DNA from: Oscillospiraceae bacterium
GTDB taxonomy: Bacteria; Bacillota; Clostridia; Oscillospirales; CAG-272
Length of the DNA: 64,000 bases
Reading direction: 5' to 3'
Assembly (NCBI GenBank): GCA_015063745.1
Contig: SVTO01000003.1
Span: 3,212-67,211, forward strand
This document shows, in pieces, positions 53,030 to 62,761 of the stretch. The position numbers and the translations under genes are program-made. The notes under the pieces are model-generated. The model was not told the origin of the DNA, made no database searches, and worked only from the letters and a program-made list of their open reading frames with translations. The first letter of the stretch is position 1; each line of letters starts with the position of its first letter.

Positions 53030-53893
53030 TTATTCCGCAGTTCTGGGGAAGCAGTTTCTGAGGGATGTAATGGCAACTTCGAATGCTTCTTCAGCGGTTG
53101 CGAATACGTTGCCGATGGTTGTGGACATTCCACTTTTTTCCAGGGAACTCAAGCCGTCAAACACACGCAGGTGGGGTTCAACGGTAAGGATGAAGTCACT
53201 TCCCTTTCTCTTATTGTTGATGAGAGAAAGAATTTCCGGAATACCACCTATCCCCTCGCCTGCGGGAACGATGGTACCGTTCTTGGCGCAGTCCTTTATG
53301 TGCATATACTCCATATAAGGAGAGAGAAGTTCAAAGCAATGGGGATAGGGTTCGCAGCCACACTCGATAAAGTTGGCGGGATCGAACACGCAGCCTAGTC
53401 TGCCTTCATATGTCTTCAGCAGTTCCAGGCATCTTTCGGGAGTATCGCCGTAGATACCCTTTTCGTTTTCATGGCACAATCTTATACCGTAAGAATCGGC
53501 AATGTCCAGCATCTGGCCCATTCTGTCGATTACTTCGTTGGTGCAGTCCTCGTACTTTGCTTCGCCAACGTAGAAAGAGAACATACGAATGCGCTTGGTA
53601 CCGAAAATGTCTGCCAGTTCGCAGGTATGTTTCAGTGTGTCCAGGTGTGCGTCCATAGGATCGGTAATGTCTATCTTTCCGATGGGAGAACCTATTGCAG
53701 AAACGCCAATGCCGTATGCATCCAGTTTCTTCTTGGCGTCCATTGCCTGTGTGGTGGTCAGGTCGGATACGTTGATGCCGTCCACGCCGCGTACTTCGGA
53801 CATCTTTACTTTATTCTTTACCATTCCCTCGATCTGTTTATCCAGTTCGGGGGCGTATTCGTCGGAAAATGCGCTGAGAATAAATCTTGCCAT
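53030..53893 (-). CDS. sugar phosphate isomerase/epimerase (xylose isomerase-like TIM barrel)
   Basis: 287 aa with the pattern RMFSF..CHENE..DPANF of AP-endonuclease-2/TIM-barrel enzymes. AAGGAG RBS. Confidence 0.7.
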   Translation of the reverse strand: MARFILSAFSDEYAPELDKQIEGMVKNKVKMSEVRGVDGINVSDLTTTQAMDAKKKLDAYGIGVSAIGSPIGKIDITDPMDAHLDTLKHTCELADIFGTKRIRMFSFYVGEAKYEDCTNEVIDRMGQMLDIADSYGIRLCHENEKGIYGDTPERCLELLKTYEGRLGCVFDPANFIECGCEPYPHCFELLSPYMEYMHIKDCAKNGTIVPAGEGIGGIPEILSLINNKRKGSDFILTVEPHLRVFDGLSSLEKSGMSTTIGNVFATAEEAFEVAITSLRNCFPRTAE

Positions 53894-54047
53894 TTTTATA
53901 AACTCCTTATACTGAAAAGTATACTTTGATTTTTCGGGCTTTTTCGATACGCACAGTATCTATCTGTAGTATTATATCATTTTTTGCCGCTGTTTTCAAC
54001 CACTGAAATGGAAATTTTCCGTATTCGAGCAGGTTTTATTGTAATTC

Positions 54048-56411
54048 TTATTTCAATTCCACAACCGTAACGCCGTAATCTCCTTCGCCGTACTGGCCGG
54101 CACGGAAGGTGGATACGCGGCGGTCTTCCTTGAAATTCCGCCACAGGGCACTGCGGAGTGCACCCGTTCCCTTACCGTGGATGATGGTCACGCTCTTGAT
54201 ATTGACTACTTTTGCTTCATCCAGATATTTATCCACAACGAACCAGGCTTCCTCTACCGTCATGCCCCGGACGTCGCACTCGGTCTTGAAGCTGCGGTTT
54301 ACGGTCGCTTTTACGCTGCCGGATTTTTTGTTCTGCTTCGGCATATCCGATTCGTCGATCAGGCGCAGGTCCGAGGTATTGGCTCTGACTTTCACAGCGC
54401 CCATTTTTACGCTGACGTTGCCGTTTTTATCGGGATCGTCCATGAGGAAGCCTTTTGTGCCGAGATTACGGTGCTGTACGGCGTCTCCCTTGCGGAAGGG
54501 ACGGGGCGGGATATATTCCTCGTCGTCCTCTTCGATGGGATTCATATGATCGTCGTATTCTCTTACCTTCTGACGGATATCCTTGCGTGCAGAGGACATA
54601 CGGCTTGCAAAATCTTCCGCGTCTTTCTGGCGTTTCAGTTCTTCCAGTTCATCAAAAACATACTGGCTTGTGATTCTTGCGCCGTCCAGAATTTCCTGAG
54701 CTTTCTTGCGGATTTTTTCGGCTTCCTTTTCCGCTCTGCCCACTTTTTCGGAGAGTTCTTTTTCCGCATCCTTCTTGAAAGCGGCAAATTCATTCTTCAA
54801 CCGTTCCACTTCCGCTTTTTCCGCTTCCAGCTCGTGTCTGGTATGTTCCAGTTTTTCGATGACCGCTTCAAAGCTGCGGGAACCGGTATCCACGAAATTC
54901 TGGGCACGCTTGACAAGTCCTGCGGACAGTCCCAGTTTTTCGGAAATGGCAAATGCATTGGATTTGCCCGGGGTGCCGATGATGAGACGGTATGTGGGCT
55001 TTAAGGTATTGACATCGAATTCGCAGGATGCGTTGCACACGCCTTCGGTTTCGATGGCGTAGGATTTCAGTTCGGCGTAGTGGGTTGTGGCGGCACAGAG
55101 TGCTCCCGTCATGCGGACCTCTTCCAGGATGGACATAGCCAGTGCGGCACCTTCCACCGGGTCTGTACCGGAGCCGAGTTCGTCGAACAGGACTAAGGAT
55201 TTTTCCGTCATGGATTCCACGATCTTTACGATGCCCTTCATATGGGAGGAGAAGGTGGACAGGGACTGCTCGATGCTCTGTTCGTCGCCGATATCGGAAA
55301 ATACGTTATCGAACACGCCCAGTCGGGAGGAATCTTCTGCGGGGATATGCAGACCGGCCTGATTCATTAAGGCGAAGAGGCCGATGGTTTTCAGGGTTAC
55401 GGTTTTACCGCCGGTATTCGGACCGGTGATGACCAGCATACTCTTATCATCGCCGAGGGAGACGGTGATCGGCACGACGGTCTTTTTATCCAGCAGCGGA
55501 TGTCTGGCTCTTACCAGTTCCACTTCCTTTTTATCCGTGATCTTCGCGGGCGAGGCTTCCATATGGTAGGACAGCTCGGCACAGGCGAACAGGAGGGCCA
55601 GTTCGTTGATATTCAGATAGTTCAGCACCAGTGCATTGGCGGATACGGACACGCCGGCGGAAAGATCCCGCAGGATACGGTCGATTTCGTGGGCTTCCTT
55701 GCTTTCCAGCGTTCTCAGTTCGTTATTGGCTTCCACTACTGCCATGGGTTCGATGAACAGGGTTGCGCCGGACTGGGAGGTGTCGTGGATCAGGCCCTTG
55801 ACTTCGCTGCGGTATTCGGCTTTTACGGGAATGACGTAGCGGCCGCCGCGGGAGGTTACGATGTTTTCCTGCAGATATTTGGAGGAACCGGATACGTATT
55901 TCTGGAGGGTGTCCTTGATGCGGTTGTTGACCTGACGGATCTTACAGCGGATATCGGCAAGCTCGGGACTGGCTTCATCAGCCATAAAATCCTCAGCTAC
56001 GATGGATCGGGTGATTTTTTCTTCCAGCAGACGGTTGGGAACCAGTCTTTCGAAGATCTCGTTCAGCGATGTTTTCGGTGTGTGATCACCGCGGACATAA
56101 TCCAGCAGTACTCTCGCACAGCGCAGAATTGCCGCGCAGTCCAGGAGTTCGCGCATGGACAGAACGGCATCCTTCTCCGCCCTCTCCACTGCCGCACGGA
56201 TATCCCGGATTTCGCCGAAGGAGGGCTGACCTTTGAGACCTACCAGCTGTTTTGCGTCTGTGGTCTTCTGCTGCATTTTCCGCACTTTTTCGATATCGGA
56301 GGAAGGCTTCAGGTGCAGAGCCAGTTCTTTTGCGCCTTCGGTGGCGGTGAGAGAAGCGAGGATCTCTCTGATTTTATCAAATTCAAGTGTATACAGTGCT
56401 TTTTCGTTCAT
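54048..56411 (-). CDS. mutS2: endonuclease MutS2
   Basis: 787 aa with Walker A GPNTGGKT and a C-terminal Smr domain (IIHGKGTGALR). Confidence 0.93.
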   Translation of the reverse strand: MNEKALYTLEFDKIREILASLTATEGAKELALHLKPSSDIEKVRKMQQKTTDAKQLVGLKGQPSFGEIRDIRAAVERAEKDAVLSMRELLDCAAILRCARVLLDYVRGDHTPKTSLNEIFERLVPNRLLEEKITRSIVAEDFMADEASPELADIRCKIRQVNNRIKDTLQKYVSGSSKYLQENIVTSRGGRYVIPVKAEYRSEVKGLIHDTSQSGATLFIEPMAVVEANNELRTLESKEAHEIDRILRDLSAGVSVSANALVLNYLNINELALLFACAELSYHMEASPAKITDKKEVELVRARHPLLDKKTVVPITVSLGDDKSMLVITGPNTGGKTVTLKTIGLFALMNQAGLHIPAEDSSRLGVFDNVFSDIGDEQSIEQSLSTFSSHMKGIVKIVESMTEKSLVLFDELGSGTDPVEGAALAMSILEEVRMTGALCAATTHYAELKSYAIETEGVCNASCEFDVNTLKPTYRLIIGTPGKSNAFAISEKLGLSAGLVKRAQNFVDTGSRSFEAVIEKLEHTRHELEAEKAEVERLKNEFAAFKKDAEKELSEKVGRAEKEAEKIRKKAQEILDGARITSQYVFDELEELKRQKDAEDFASRMSSARKDIRQKVREYDDHMNPIEEDDEEYIPPRPFRKGDAVQHRNLGTKGFLMDDPDKNGNVSVKMGAVKVRANTSDLRLIDESDMPKQNKKSGSVKATVNRSFKTECDVRGMTVEEAWFVVDKYLDEAKVVNIKSVTIIHGKGTGALRSALWRNFKEDRRVSTFRAGQYGEGDYGVTVVELK

Positions 56412-56425
56412 AATACAACCTTTAT

Positions 56426-57226
56426 TCAGTTCAGTTCAAACAGACTCTTGTAGTAGTCCAGGGAATCGAAATTGCGTTCCAGGTGGTTCAGCATATATCT
56501 TTCCGCCGCGATGCCGAGGAGCTGGTTGTCCGCTTCTTCCAGCTGGAAGGACAGGAAACGCTTCGGGGATGCTTCGGAGATATACTGCAGGGCACGCAGG
56601 ACGGCGGGGGTGAGGCGGATATGGATCTTGGCGGTGGATTCGTCCAGCATATAGGTGGGAGACTGGACGTATTTGCTCTGGCAGTTTTTGCACAGCACAC
56701 GTCCGTTCATTACGTCCATATAGCTGTTTTCCGTAAGTGCTTCGCCGCAAAGTCCGCATCGCTCCAGTTCCGGTCGGAAGCCGCCATGGCAGATCACACG
56801 GAATTCATAGGCCGCTTTGATTCTGGACAGGGGAATGTCGTTCCGGTTGGCGATGGCGTACAGGGCGTTCAGAGTCAGCTGAAGCAGTTCCGGGTCCCCT
56901 TCGTCCTCCAGGGACAGTTCGTTTGCAATATCACAGAAATAACTGGCGAGGGACAGTTTTTCGATATCGTAACGGATGCCCATGAAGTTTTCGATGTAGG
57001 AGGTATCGGTGATGTAGAAATATTTATGGGTCTTGCGGAGCTGGAAGGTGCTGTAGGTGAACAGCTGGGCGGCGGCGTAGTGTTTGCTGCGGATGCTGCG
57101 CACACCTTTTGCGCTGACCACCACTTTTCCGTAGTCGGCGGTCAGCAGGGTCAGGATCTGGTCCGCTTCCCCTGTTTCCGTTTCACGGATCACAAGACCG
57201 TCTGTTTCGATTTCCCGTATTCCCAT
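56426..57226 (-). CDS. recO: DNA repair protein RecO
   Basis: 266 aa with an N-terminal OB fold and a CGLCGE..CKNC zinc motif. Conserved position downstream of era. Confidence 0.88.
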   Translation of the reverse strand: MGIREIETDGLVIRETETGEADQILTLLTADYGKVVVSAKGVRSIRSKHYAAAQLFTYSTFQLRKTHKYFYITDTSYIENFMGIRYDIEKLSLASYFCDIANELSLEDEGDPELLQLTLNALYAIANRNDIPLSRIKAAYEFRVICHGGFRPELERCGLCGEALTENSYMDVMNGRVLCKNCQSKYVQSPTYMLDESTAKIHIRLTPAVLRALQYISEASPKRFLSFQLEEADNQLLGIAAERYMLNHLERNFDSLDYYKSLFELN

Positions 57227-57236
57227 CTGGTTTTAC

Positions 57237-58130
57237 TCAATCAAGATCTTTCTTGTTATAGCCGAAGTTCAGCAGGCTGAAATCGCTGTCACGCCAGTTT
57301 TCCTTTACCTTTACCCACAGGTTCAGGTACACCTGGATGCCGAAGAAGGCTTCCATGTCTTCTCTGGCATAGGAACCGATGCGTTTCAGGGTTTCGCCGT
57401 TCTTGCCTACGATGATACCCTTATGGGAGTTCTTTTCGCAGAAAATTTCAGCACGGATGCGGAGCATTTTCTTGTCTTCGGTGAATTCTTCGATAACTAC
57501 TGCCGTTCCGTGGGGCACCTCGTCGGTGAGGATACGCAGGATCTTTTCACGGATGATTTCCGCGGCGATCTGCTTTTCCGGCTGGTCGGTCAGCATATCT
57601 TCGTCAAACATCCAGTCCCCTTCATACAGGAACTGGGAGGCTTCTTCCAACACCACGTCCACGTTCTTGCCGCTTTCCGCGCAGGTGGGGATTACAGCAT
57701 CGAAATTGTGGAGTGCGGCATAGGCAGAGATGGTTTCCGCCAGCTTTTCCTTCTGGATCAGGTCGATTTTGTTCAGTACGAGCAGGGACGGCAGTTCGCT
57801 TCGGCCGATCTGTTCGATCAGCTGCTTTTCGATTTCGCCCGGTGCGTGGCCTGCATCGGCAATCAGGATTACGGCATCCGCGGATCCTACGGAGGAACGG
57901 ACGGTTTTCATCATATAATCGCCCAGTTTATTCTTGGCCTTGTGCACACCGGGGGTGTCGAAGAATACGAACTGGTCTTCCCCTTTGGTCAGTACACCCA
58001 TGATACGGTTACGTGTGGTCTGGGGCTTGGAGGAGACGATGGCGATCTTTTCTCCCATCATATTGTTCATCAATGTGGACTTGCCTACGTTCGGCCGTCC
58101 TACAATGGCGATAAATGCGGTCTTTTTCAT
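57237..58130 (-). CDS. era: GTPase Era
   Basis: Start ATG 58130 (MKKTAFIAIVGRPNVGKSTL). G3 motif DTPG, G4 motif NKID, and a C-terminal KH domain. Confidence 0.93.
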   Translation of the reverse strand: MKKTAFIAIVGRPNVGKSTLMNNMMGEKIAIVSSKPQTTRNRIMGVLTKGEDQFVFFDTPGVHKAKNKLGDYMMKTVRSSVGSADAVILIADAGHAPGEIEKQLIEQIGRSELPSLLVLNKIDLIQKEKLAETISAYAALHNFDAVIPTCAESGKNVDVVLEEASQFLYEGDWMFDEDMLTDQPEKQIAAEIIREKILRILTDEVPHGTAVVIEEFTEDKKMLRIRAEIFCEKNSHKGIIVGKNGETLKRIGSYAREDMEAFFGIQVYLNLWVKVKENWRDSDFSLLNFGYNKKDLD

Positions 58131-58146
58131 AATTTCACTCCGTTTA

Positions 58147-58620
58147 TTATCTCGGCAATCCGATATTTTCCATAATTTCTTTCTGGCGTCTGCGCATATC
58201 TGCGTCATCTTCCTCGGACAGTTCGTGGTCGTATCCCAACAGATGCAGGGTGGAATGTACGGTCAGAAAGGCGGTTTCCCTCTCAAAGCTGTGACCGAAT
58301 TCCTTTGCCTGTTCGTCCGCTCTTTCCAGAGAAAGTACGATGTCTCCCAGTTCCGCTGCCATGCCTTCTTCCGGCATATCGTCCGGCTCCATGGTGTACA
58401 TGGGAAAGGACAGCACGTCTGTGGCGGAATCCTTGTCTCTGTATTCCTTATTCAGGGAACGGATGCCTTCGTTATCGGTGAAGGTGACGGATACGATAAC
58501 GTCGTTTTGGAAGTTTTCGTATTTCAGGGTACCGGCGATGGCTTTCTTGATTCTGGATTTCAGTACAAAGCCTGCTTTATGGGTGCTTTGTTCGTTGGAC
58601 CAGTAGATTTTGATTCTCAT
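58147..58620 (-). CDS. ybeY: rRNA maturation RNase YbeY
   Basis: HSTLHLLGYDH metal site. ATG 58620 chosen; GTG 58632, which overlaps the phoH stop, is an alternative start. Confidence 0.9.
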   Translation of the reverse strand: MRIKIYWSNEQSTHKAGFVLKSRIKKAIAGTLKYENFQNDVIVSVTFTDNEGIRSLNKEYRDKDSATDVLSFPMYTMEPDDMPEEGMAAELGDIVLSLERADEQAKEFGHSFERETAFLTVHSTLHLLGYDHELSEEDDADMRRRQKEIMENIGLPR

Positions 58621-58628
58621 TTTTGCTC

Positions 58629-59678
58629 TCACTTACTGTTGTCTTTCCGCACAGCCGGCTTGAAGCGGGTTTTCGTCCGTTCTGCGGCGTGGATTTTATG
58701 TTCCTGTTCGTATCTTTCGTAGGCGACGATGATGCGCTGTACCAGTCGGTGACGAACAACGTCCCGTTCGGTGAACTGGTGGATGGCGATATCGTCGATG
58801 TTCTTCAGAATCTGTACCGCCGCCGCCAGACCGCTCTTTTTTCCGAAGGGCAGGTCGGTCTGGGTCAGGTCACCGGTTACGACGATATGGGATCCGTTGC
58901 CCAGTCGGGTCAAGAACATTTTCATCTGCTCGGGAGTTGTGTTCTGGGCTTCGTCAAGGATGATGAAGGAATCGTCCAGAGTACGGCCGCGCATATAGGC
59001 GAGAGGAGCGATTTCGATGGTCATTTTTTCAATCATGCGGGCACAGTTTTCGGGGCCGAGCATTTCGTACAGGGCGTCGTAAAGAGGTCTCAGGTAGGGA
59101 TCTATCTTGCTCTGCAGATCCCCCGGCAGAAAACCGAGCCGTTCACCTGCTTCCACCGCAGGTCTGGTCAGAATGATACGGCTGACTTCGTGGTTCTTCA
59201 GGGCCTTTACTGCCATAGCCACGGCAAGGTAGGTCTTACCCGTACCGGCTGGTCCGATGCCAAGGACGATGGTGTTTTTTCGGATGGCATCCACGTATTT
59301 CTTCTGGCCGACAGTTTTGGCTTTAATGGGTTTACCGCGGACGGTGACAAGGAAGCAGTCATCGTCAAAGGCGGAAAGTTCTTCCACTCTGCCGTCCTGC
59401 ACCATACCGATTACGTAATCCACGCTCTGGTCGGTGATCTCCTCGCCAAGGGAACAGATACGCTTCATGTACTTGATGCAGTCGGCGGTCATGTTTACAT
59501 TGGATTCTTCCCCGTCGATAACGATGGTATCCCCTTCCTCACCGGCGGTCATCTGGTTGAAAATCCGGACGGAAAAGGCGTCCTCCAGCCGGTTTATATT
59601 TTTGTCGTAACTTCCGAAAATTTTACCCGTCATTTCGGAGCTGGGTATTCCTATTTTCTTTTGCATATATTCTCCCAT
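58629..59678 (-). CDS. phoH: PhoH-family ATPase
   Basis: 349 aa with Walker A GPAGTGKTYLA and Walker B FIILDEAQN. Confidence 0.9.
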   Translation of the reverse strand: MGEYMQKKIGIPSSEMTGKIFGSYDKNINRLEDAFSVRIFNQMTAGEEGDTIVIDGEESNVNMTADCIKYMKRICSLGEEITDQSVDYVIGMVQDGRVEELSAFDDDCFLVTVRGKPIKAKTVGQKKYVDAIRKNTIVLGIGPAGTGKTYLAVAMAVKALKNHEVSRIILTRPAVEAGERLGFLPGDLQSKIDPYLRPLYDALYEMLGPENCARMIEKMTIEIAPLAYMRGRTLDDSFIILDEAQNTTPEQMKMFLTRLGNGSHIVVTGDLTQTDLPFGKKSGLAAAVQILKNIDDIAIHQFTERDVVRHRLVQRIIVAYERYEQEHKIHAAERTKTRFKPAVRKDNSK

Positions 59679-59706
59679 GCAGTTTTATCTGCTGTGTAAT
59701 TTCCTA

Positions 59707-60912
59707 TTAAGGCACTGCCGCTTCGGACGAGGCGGTGAACTCAACGGTTTTGCCGATATCCTTCAGGCAGTACAGGAGGCAGTCGATACGGCAGGACTCT
59801 TCCGTGCGGGTGACTGTGAAGCTCTGGGACAGTAGTTCCCCTTCACCGATCGCTTCGCTTATTTTCTCCCGCAGGGTCTTCATGGCTGTGTCGGCCGCTT
59901 CTTCCGGCGTGATGGTTTTGGTTTCCGTGACATATTCTCTGTGAGTGGTTCTGGTTATGGTCACGGGAATGCTCCATCTGTCAAACAGGCATACTTCTTC
60001 CATCCTACATATTGTATCATAAGTTGTATACGGAATTCCAGCGTTTCTGAAAAGATTTATGTTTTTTTTGAAAATTTTTATGGTATTTTCCGTTTTTTCG
60101 CGGCCTGTGTACACTTTTTGAGCCTGTTCAAGGGAAATTTCCACGGACACCGGGCAGGCAACCCTGGCAAGCACTCTGCCTGCGGCGTATTCCAGACGGT
60201 ACTGATTTTCCTTCCGCATCTGCACAACTCCGCTGATCAGCATTTCGCCCGGCATGACAACATCCCCCACGGAAACCGCACTTTCGCCTTCCTTCACCTC
60301 CGCTATAACGATTTCTCCGGCTTCCGCGGCGATGATATTGGCGTATGTATTCTCCGGATGGTGTATGGTGTCCGGCTTTTTGGATTCACGTACCTGGACG
60401 TCGGCAACCGTGCCGTTCATGTAGACGGAGATCCAGGCGATACTGTCGCTTTCCGCACGGAATTTTGCGTGGAGGGTATCGAAATCTATGGACGGGTGCC
60501 AATCGCCTATGCCGCAGCCGAGCTCGGTCAGCAGGTCGATGATCTCGCTGTCGGGGACATTCGTATTACCGGTGATATCGATGCGCCAGATCAGGTTCCG
60601 GCTGAGCAGGCACCACAGGAGAAAAATGGCAAATCCGATGGGGAGGCCGGGTCTTCTGTGGAGAAACTGTATCAGCTTCGGCAGGCCGCAGAGTTCGCCT
60701 TCCGTGAATGGGAGACAGATCTCTCCGGCGACGTTTTTGAAATGGGCGTATTCTTTTTCCGGGATGGAAAGGCGGATTTGTTCGCCGAGGATGATTTCCT
60801 TATGGAAGGTGATCTGTTCTCTGAACAGGAGATTCATCAGTTCCGTACGGCAGCAGATGTCCGTGATAATCCATCGGTAACCGGCAAGGATTTTCCACAG
60901 CCATTCAAACAT
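59707..60912 (-). CDS. yqfD: sporulation protein YqfD
   Basis: Start ATG 60912 (MFEWLWKILAGY) after a G-rich SD. One central TM. Position and size between yqfC and phoH are as in other Firmicutes. Confidence 0.8.
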   Translation of the reverse strand: MFEWLWKILAGYRWIITDICCRTELMNLLFREQITFHKEIILGEQIRLSIPEKEYAHFKNVAGEICLPFTEGELCGLPKLIQFLHRRPGLPIGFAIFLLWCLLSRNLIWRIDITGNTNVPDSEIIDLLTELGCGIGDWHPSIDFDTLHAKFRAESDSIAWISVYMNGTVADVQVRESKKPDTIHHPENTYANIIAAEAGEIVIAEVKEGESAVSVGDVVMPGEMLISGVVQMRKENQYRLEYAAGRVLARVACPVSVEISLEQAQKVYTGREKTENTIKIFKKNINLFRNAGIPYTTYDTICRMEEVCLFDRWSIPVTITRTTHREYVTETKTITPEEAADTAMKTLREKISEAIGEGELLSQSFTVTRTEESCRIDCLLYCLKDIGKTVEFTASSEAAVP

Positions 60913-61222
60913 CCCCCTCCCCCCTTTCACCGAACCATATGCTGCAGATTTTGCCGTGGATGGTTAAAGTATCTCCGCGGAAGTTTTCCATCTGCAGTCC
61001 CTCTCCGATGATACCGCATTTTCCCCGTTTTGTATGCAGAACAATTTTGTTTGCATCGTATTCCAACACGCCTGTACAGCAGGTGATGCGGATCTCGCGA
61101 TTCCATTTGCAGTCGAACAACGGAATTTTCTCCAGGCCTTCGATTGGATAGCCGCTGAAGTCCGCCAAATGCTCCATCGGCGTTTTTCTGATTTTCCGGC
61201 GGGATTTTTCTGACAAGTTCAC
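60905..61222 (-). CDS. yqfC: sporulation protein YqfC (YabP family)
   Basis: 105 aa with a basic N-terminus, then IRITCCTGVLEYDANKIVL..LTIHGKI as in YabP/YqfC proteins. GTG start after AAGGAGG. Confidence 0.8.
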   Translation of the reverse strand: MNLSEKSRRKIRKTPMEHLADFSGYPIEGLEKIPLFDCKWNREIRITCCTGVLEYDANKIVLHTKRGKCGIIGEGLQMENFRGDTLTIHGKICSIWFGERGEGDV

Positions 61223-61299
61223 CGCCTCCTTTTCATAGGATTATACAGTTACGGTATACTCTATGCCGGGCGGGAATCCATCATGCTTCGGAGTACGTT

Positions 61300-62382
61300 A
61301 TGAAATTACGGCGGGTTGTTTTATTTTGTTTCATTATTCTGTTTATTTTAGGCATTTGCAGAAATAAGGATATTGTTTTTGAGACTTTCACAGAAGCTGC
61401 GGTACAATGCTGCCGGGGGCTTTTACCGGTGTTGTTTCCTTATATGGTGATCTCACGGATTCTGATTGCGCAGGATATGTTTTCTGCTGTGCCTGTCTTT
61501 CGTCCTTTGTGCAGGCTGCTTCGGCTCTCTTCTTCTGCCATGCCGGTATTCTGGCTTGGGAATCTTTGCGGGTTTCCGGTTGGGGCACAGCTTACGGGGA
61601 TGCTGCGGAAGGACGGGAGTATTTCCCGGGAGGAGGCTGGTCGGCTCTGTGCGCTGTCCGGGAATGTGAGTCCGGCGTTTGTGATTCAGATTGTCGGTGG
61701 GATGTTGTGGAAGGATGTGCGGTTCGGGGTATTTTTGTTTGCGGTGCAGTTTCTTTCCTGCTGTTTGTACGGCATTTATCTGGGACGGCGAACGAAAGAG
61801 GCAATGGTTGATTCCGGGGAACGGAACATGGGGCAAACGGAGGCTTTCGGTATCTCTTTCTGTCGGGCAGTAACGGAAAGCGCAGCAGGCTGTTTATCAC
61901 TTTGCGGATATGTTGTGTTCTTTTCGGTATTACTGGCGGTTTTGCCGTTTTCCGGGATCGGCAGAGTGATAATGGCCTGTGTTTTTGAATTCACTGCCGG
62001 GGTGGAAGAGGCGCGCATGATCGGTGGGATGGGCGGGCTCTTTCTGACCGGATTTGCTGTGGGATTCGGAGGGGTCTGTGTACTGGCGCAGGTATTGTTC
62101 GGATTGGGAGGAGAAGAGGTTTCTCTGAGGCCGTATCTTATCGGAAAGATATTCCAGGGAGCGGTCTGCGGGTTGGCGGCGGTCGGGTGGGGGATGTGCT
62201 TCACGATACTGTATAAAGGCGAGGCGGTGCTGTCAACACTGGAATGGTATGACGGAATAACGGATAGTATGGATGGTTGGGTATTTCCGGCGGTGATTCT
62301 TTTGCTTAGCGGTATACATTATCTGCTCTGTTTCCGCCGAAATTCCGTGAAATCTGACAATTCTTCCGGGAACGGACGGTAA
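61300..62382 (+). CDS. YlbJ-like sporulation integral membrane protein (nucleoside-recognition/Gate domain)
   Basis: 360 aa and polytopic. GLLPVLFPYMVISRILI resembles the YlbJ N-terminal block. Divergent from yqfC. Confidence 0.5.
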   Translation: MKLRRVVLFCFIILFILGICRNKDIVFETFTEAAVQCCRGLLPVLFPYMVISRILIAQDMFSAVPVFRPLCRLLRLSSSAMPVFWLGNLCGFPVGAQLTGMLRKDGSISREEAGRLCALSGNVSPAFVIQIVGGMLWKDVRFGVFLFAVQFLSCCLYGIYLGRRTKEAMVDSGERNMGQTEAFGISFCRAVTESAAGCLSLCGYVVFFSVLLAVLPFSGIGRVIMACVFEFTAGVEEARMIGGMGGLFLTGFAVGFGGVCVLAQVLFGLGGEEVSLRPYLIGKIFQGAVCGLAAVGWGMCFTILYKGEAVLSTLEWYDGITDSMDGWVFPAVILLLSGIHYLLCFRRNSVKSDNSSGNGR

Positions 62383-62457
62383 ATGTTGCGGAAACTATTG
62401 ATTTTTTGCCTCATTTTGCTTATAATATTAAAATGGTAAACAGGCAGAAATTTTACG

Positions 62458-62682
62458 ATGGGATGTGATGATTTGAAAAAGCAAAAACCGGAAATCGAGC
62501 GTTTCTGCAAATTCTGCGAACGGGCTTCCACTCTGTCGGATCCAGATGTTATGCTCTGCAGCCGTAAAGGTGTAGTTTCCGCCGCGCACGTCTGCCGCAA
62601 ATTTTTGTATGACCCTCTGAAACGAGAACCTTCCGCTCACGTATCCGACATTGAGCTGGAATTCGTTCCGCTGGACCTCTGA
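62458..62682 (+). CDS. small Cys-containing hypothetical protein
   Basis: 74-aa ORF with CKFC..C..C spacing and a YDPLKR motif. No clear RBS, so coding status is uncertain. Confidence 0.4.
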   Translation: MGCDDLKKQKPEIERFCKFCERASTLSDPDVMLCSRKGVVSAAHVCRKFLYDPLKREPSAHVSDIELEFVPLDL

Positions 62683-62761
62683 CCGGGTACAACAATCCGG
62701 CATTTCCCCGTATCATTCTGCAAATAAATACATTGTATAACATAACTTGGAGGACATAGAA

